Source: Anthoceros angustus
Lineage: Eukaryota > Plantae > Anthocerotophyta
Direction of reading: 5' to 3'
Assembly (NCBI GenBank): GCA_010909165.1
Contig: VJWM01000019.1
Coordinates: 1,054,001 to 1,118,000 of the forward strand
Length of the DNA: 64,000 bases
In this document: piece after piece, positions 62,378 to 64,000 of the stretch
Numbering within the stretch: the stretch's first letter is position 1
Layout: the number at the start of each line of letters is the position of its first letter
The notes under the pieces: generated by a model
What the model was told of the DNA's origin: nothing
Seen by the model: only the letters and a program-made list of their open reading frames with translations
Database searches by the model: none
Position numbers and translations under genes: made by a program

Positions 62378-62587
62378 TTATTCTACGCCATTAGATGGTA
62401 AACATACCATCTTTATTCTACGCCATTAGATGGTAAACATACCATCTTTATTCTACGCCATTAGATGGTAAACATACCATCTTTATTCTACGCCATTAGA
62501 TGGTAAACATACCATCTTTATTCTACGCCATTAGATGGTAAACATACCATCTTTATTCTACGCCATTAGATGGTAAACATACCATCT
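62378..62587 (+). repeat. Perfect 35-bp minisatellite, 6 copies (TTATTCTACGCCATTAGATGGTAAACATACCATCT)
   Basis: Six identical units with no spacers; each holds the inverted repeat AGATGGTA-aaca-TACCATCT. Confidence 0.97.
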
Positions 62588-63295
62588 TGCCGAACACACT
62601 ATAGACTTTGAACCATAACGCTATAGGGTAAGACGTCCTTCACTCCTTGCCTAACTTGACACCTCCACCTTCTCCATCTAGAAGAACTGAATCATCACTA
62701 TCATCATCACTATCCATAGCTGTCGGGATCAGGGTTGAAGATGAGGACGGAGGGCACTAAATTTCTCTTTGATCACTTTTTGTCCGCCGCGTACAAACGT
62801 TCCTGGAAATGAGCTGGAATCCATAGTACACGATGACTGTCTTATGAACCGACATCTTCTGAATATTGGATGGCTTGCACGCTTTAGCACCTTTGCTGGT
62901 AGCAGGCAGTTCTCTGTCCTCCTAAGTCCTGACGAAGTATTCTCCGACATACTTTCCCTCGTAGGCATGAGTGTGCTCGGTTGGCCACCAGTGCACAAGC
63001 AAATAGGGGTCAGCGGCTGTAAGGTGCATGCACAAATTATCTAATTATTTAAAAAATTCATATACAAATAAAATAGATAAAAAATCATCTTACATTATGT
63101 ATTAGATATTGTCATGCATTAATGCTCTCCGCAGTATGTGAGGATAGAGACGCAGTGTCCTCCCTTCAAAGAGTGGCATCCACACTTGGGTTAATTAGAA
63201 GTCTAGAGTCAAGCATCCCAAGCAAGTGTCCTTGGGACGGATCAGTGCTTGGATGGGGTACCACCCATTCCCCAACTCCATGGCCTTGTAGGGCC

Positions 63296-63640
63296 ACATG
63301 TTATAAATCATGCCTTCCTTTGTGCAGTGTGCGGGGCCGCCCGATTGTTAATGCCCTATGGGCCTACAGCCTAACATGTTATAAATCATGCCTTCGTCTG
63401 TGCAGTGTGCGGGGCCGCCGATTGTTAGTGCCCTACTCTAGATTAAAGTCCTAGTGCGAGACTTCGATGTACACTTTGATATATCTACATAAAGTCTCCA
63501 AATTCTCTAAAGAAAAAATATAGACACCGTTGCTATGAAGTTGGAAGGATCTTCAATGTACATTGAAATATCTATATTAAGTCTCCAAATTCTCAAAAAA
63601 CAAATCCAGACGCAGTCGCTATCGAAGTTGGAAGGATCTT
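63296..63640. repeat. Two short direct-repeat pairs (~65 bp at 63296/63373; ~60 bp at ~63490/63578)
   Basis: acatgttataaatcatgccttc...gcagtgtgcggggccgcc twice; aagtctccaaattctc...aagttggaaggatctt twice. Confidence 0.8.
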
Positions 63641-64000
63641 GTAGTCAAATAATGTGTCGTATGGGGATCGTGGAGGGTGCGTCCAAATCATCGTGTGACA
63701 AAGAGGGAAAAGGCAATTGCCATTCATGATACTAGAACACTGTGCGGCTCTGCCAATATAAAGTTATCCACACTGGCTGTTCCCGTCGCGACATTCTAAA
63801 ATATTAAATCCCATTTGAAGTCACTGCCACGCTTCCCAAAACCAGTGCGTCCTCGGGAGATGGTCCACCGTCCCCTCGGCACCTCGGCACCTCTGCGGAA
63901 ACCCGTGCTTGGCTTCCTAGGGGCCACAGCCCGGAGCTGCGCAGCTGCAGTTTCCCCTTCCCCTGCCTCCGGAAATCAATTCCGCCTCCTCCTCACAACG

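Noticed and set aside
62378-62587. CRISPR array (35-bp palindromic direct repeats)
   Set aside because: Repeats are contiguous with no spacers, no cas genes are present and the context is eukaryotic.
62700-63050. hAT transposase dimerisation-domain remnant on the minus strand
   Set aside because: Only a loose WW..H / PATS resemblance across stops; no TIR or TSD found.

Overview
Eukaryotic (land-plant) DNA. Short 70-130 bp GT-AG introns, a PLS-class PPR gene and the Ty3/gypsy types present suggest a compact spore-plant genome such as a Selaginella-like lycophyte; this is an inference. Host genes: the 3' end of AP-2 alpha-adaptin (1-794), an MRS2-4/MGT6-like Mg2+ transporter (1589-3400), an intact 5-exon legumin-like bicupin with a signal peptide (16686-18347, minus) and a frameshifted PLS-E+ PPR gene (~20087-23029). 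Gene fragments of MRS2, cupin and beta-amylase also occur. Most of the window is transposable elements whose nesting can be rebuilt from termini and target-site duplications (TSDs). (i) A chromovirus-like LTR element at 6327-13004 (TSD TCACC). (ii) A 3.6-kb TIR element at 24254-27859 (8-bp TSD AGTTAGGT). (iii) A second chromovirus-like element C at 29159-61331 (TSD CATTT), whose left LTR is split by a 26-kb insert. That insert is a tandem non-autonomous element B (1.3-kb LTRs, ~0.39-kb non-coding interior). B in turn hosts an Athila-like coding element A with 4.4-kb LTRs that appear to carry their own long ORF, and A is interrupted by a CCCTA-ended CACTA-like element. A and B share PBS, PPT and LTR termini. 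Many indels and local tandem duplications suggest an unpolished long-read consensus, so frameshifts are not proof of pseudogenisation. No prokaryotic system, CRISPR array, rRNA or tRNA gene is supported.
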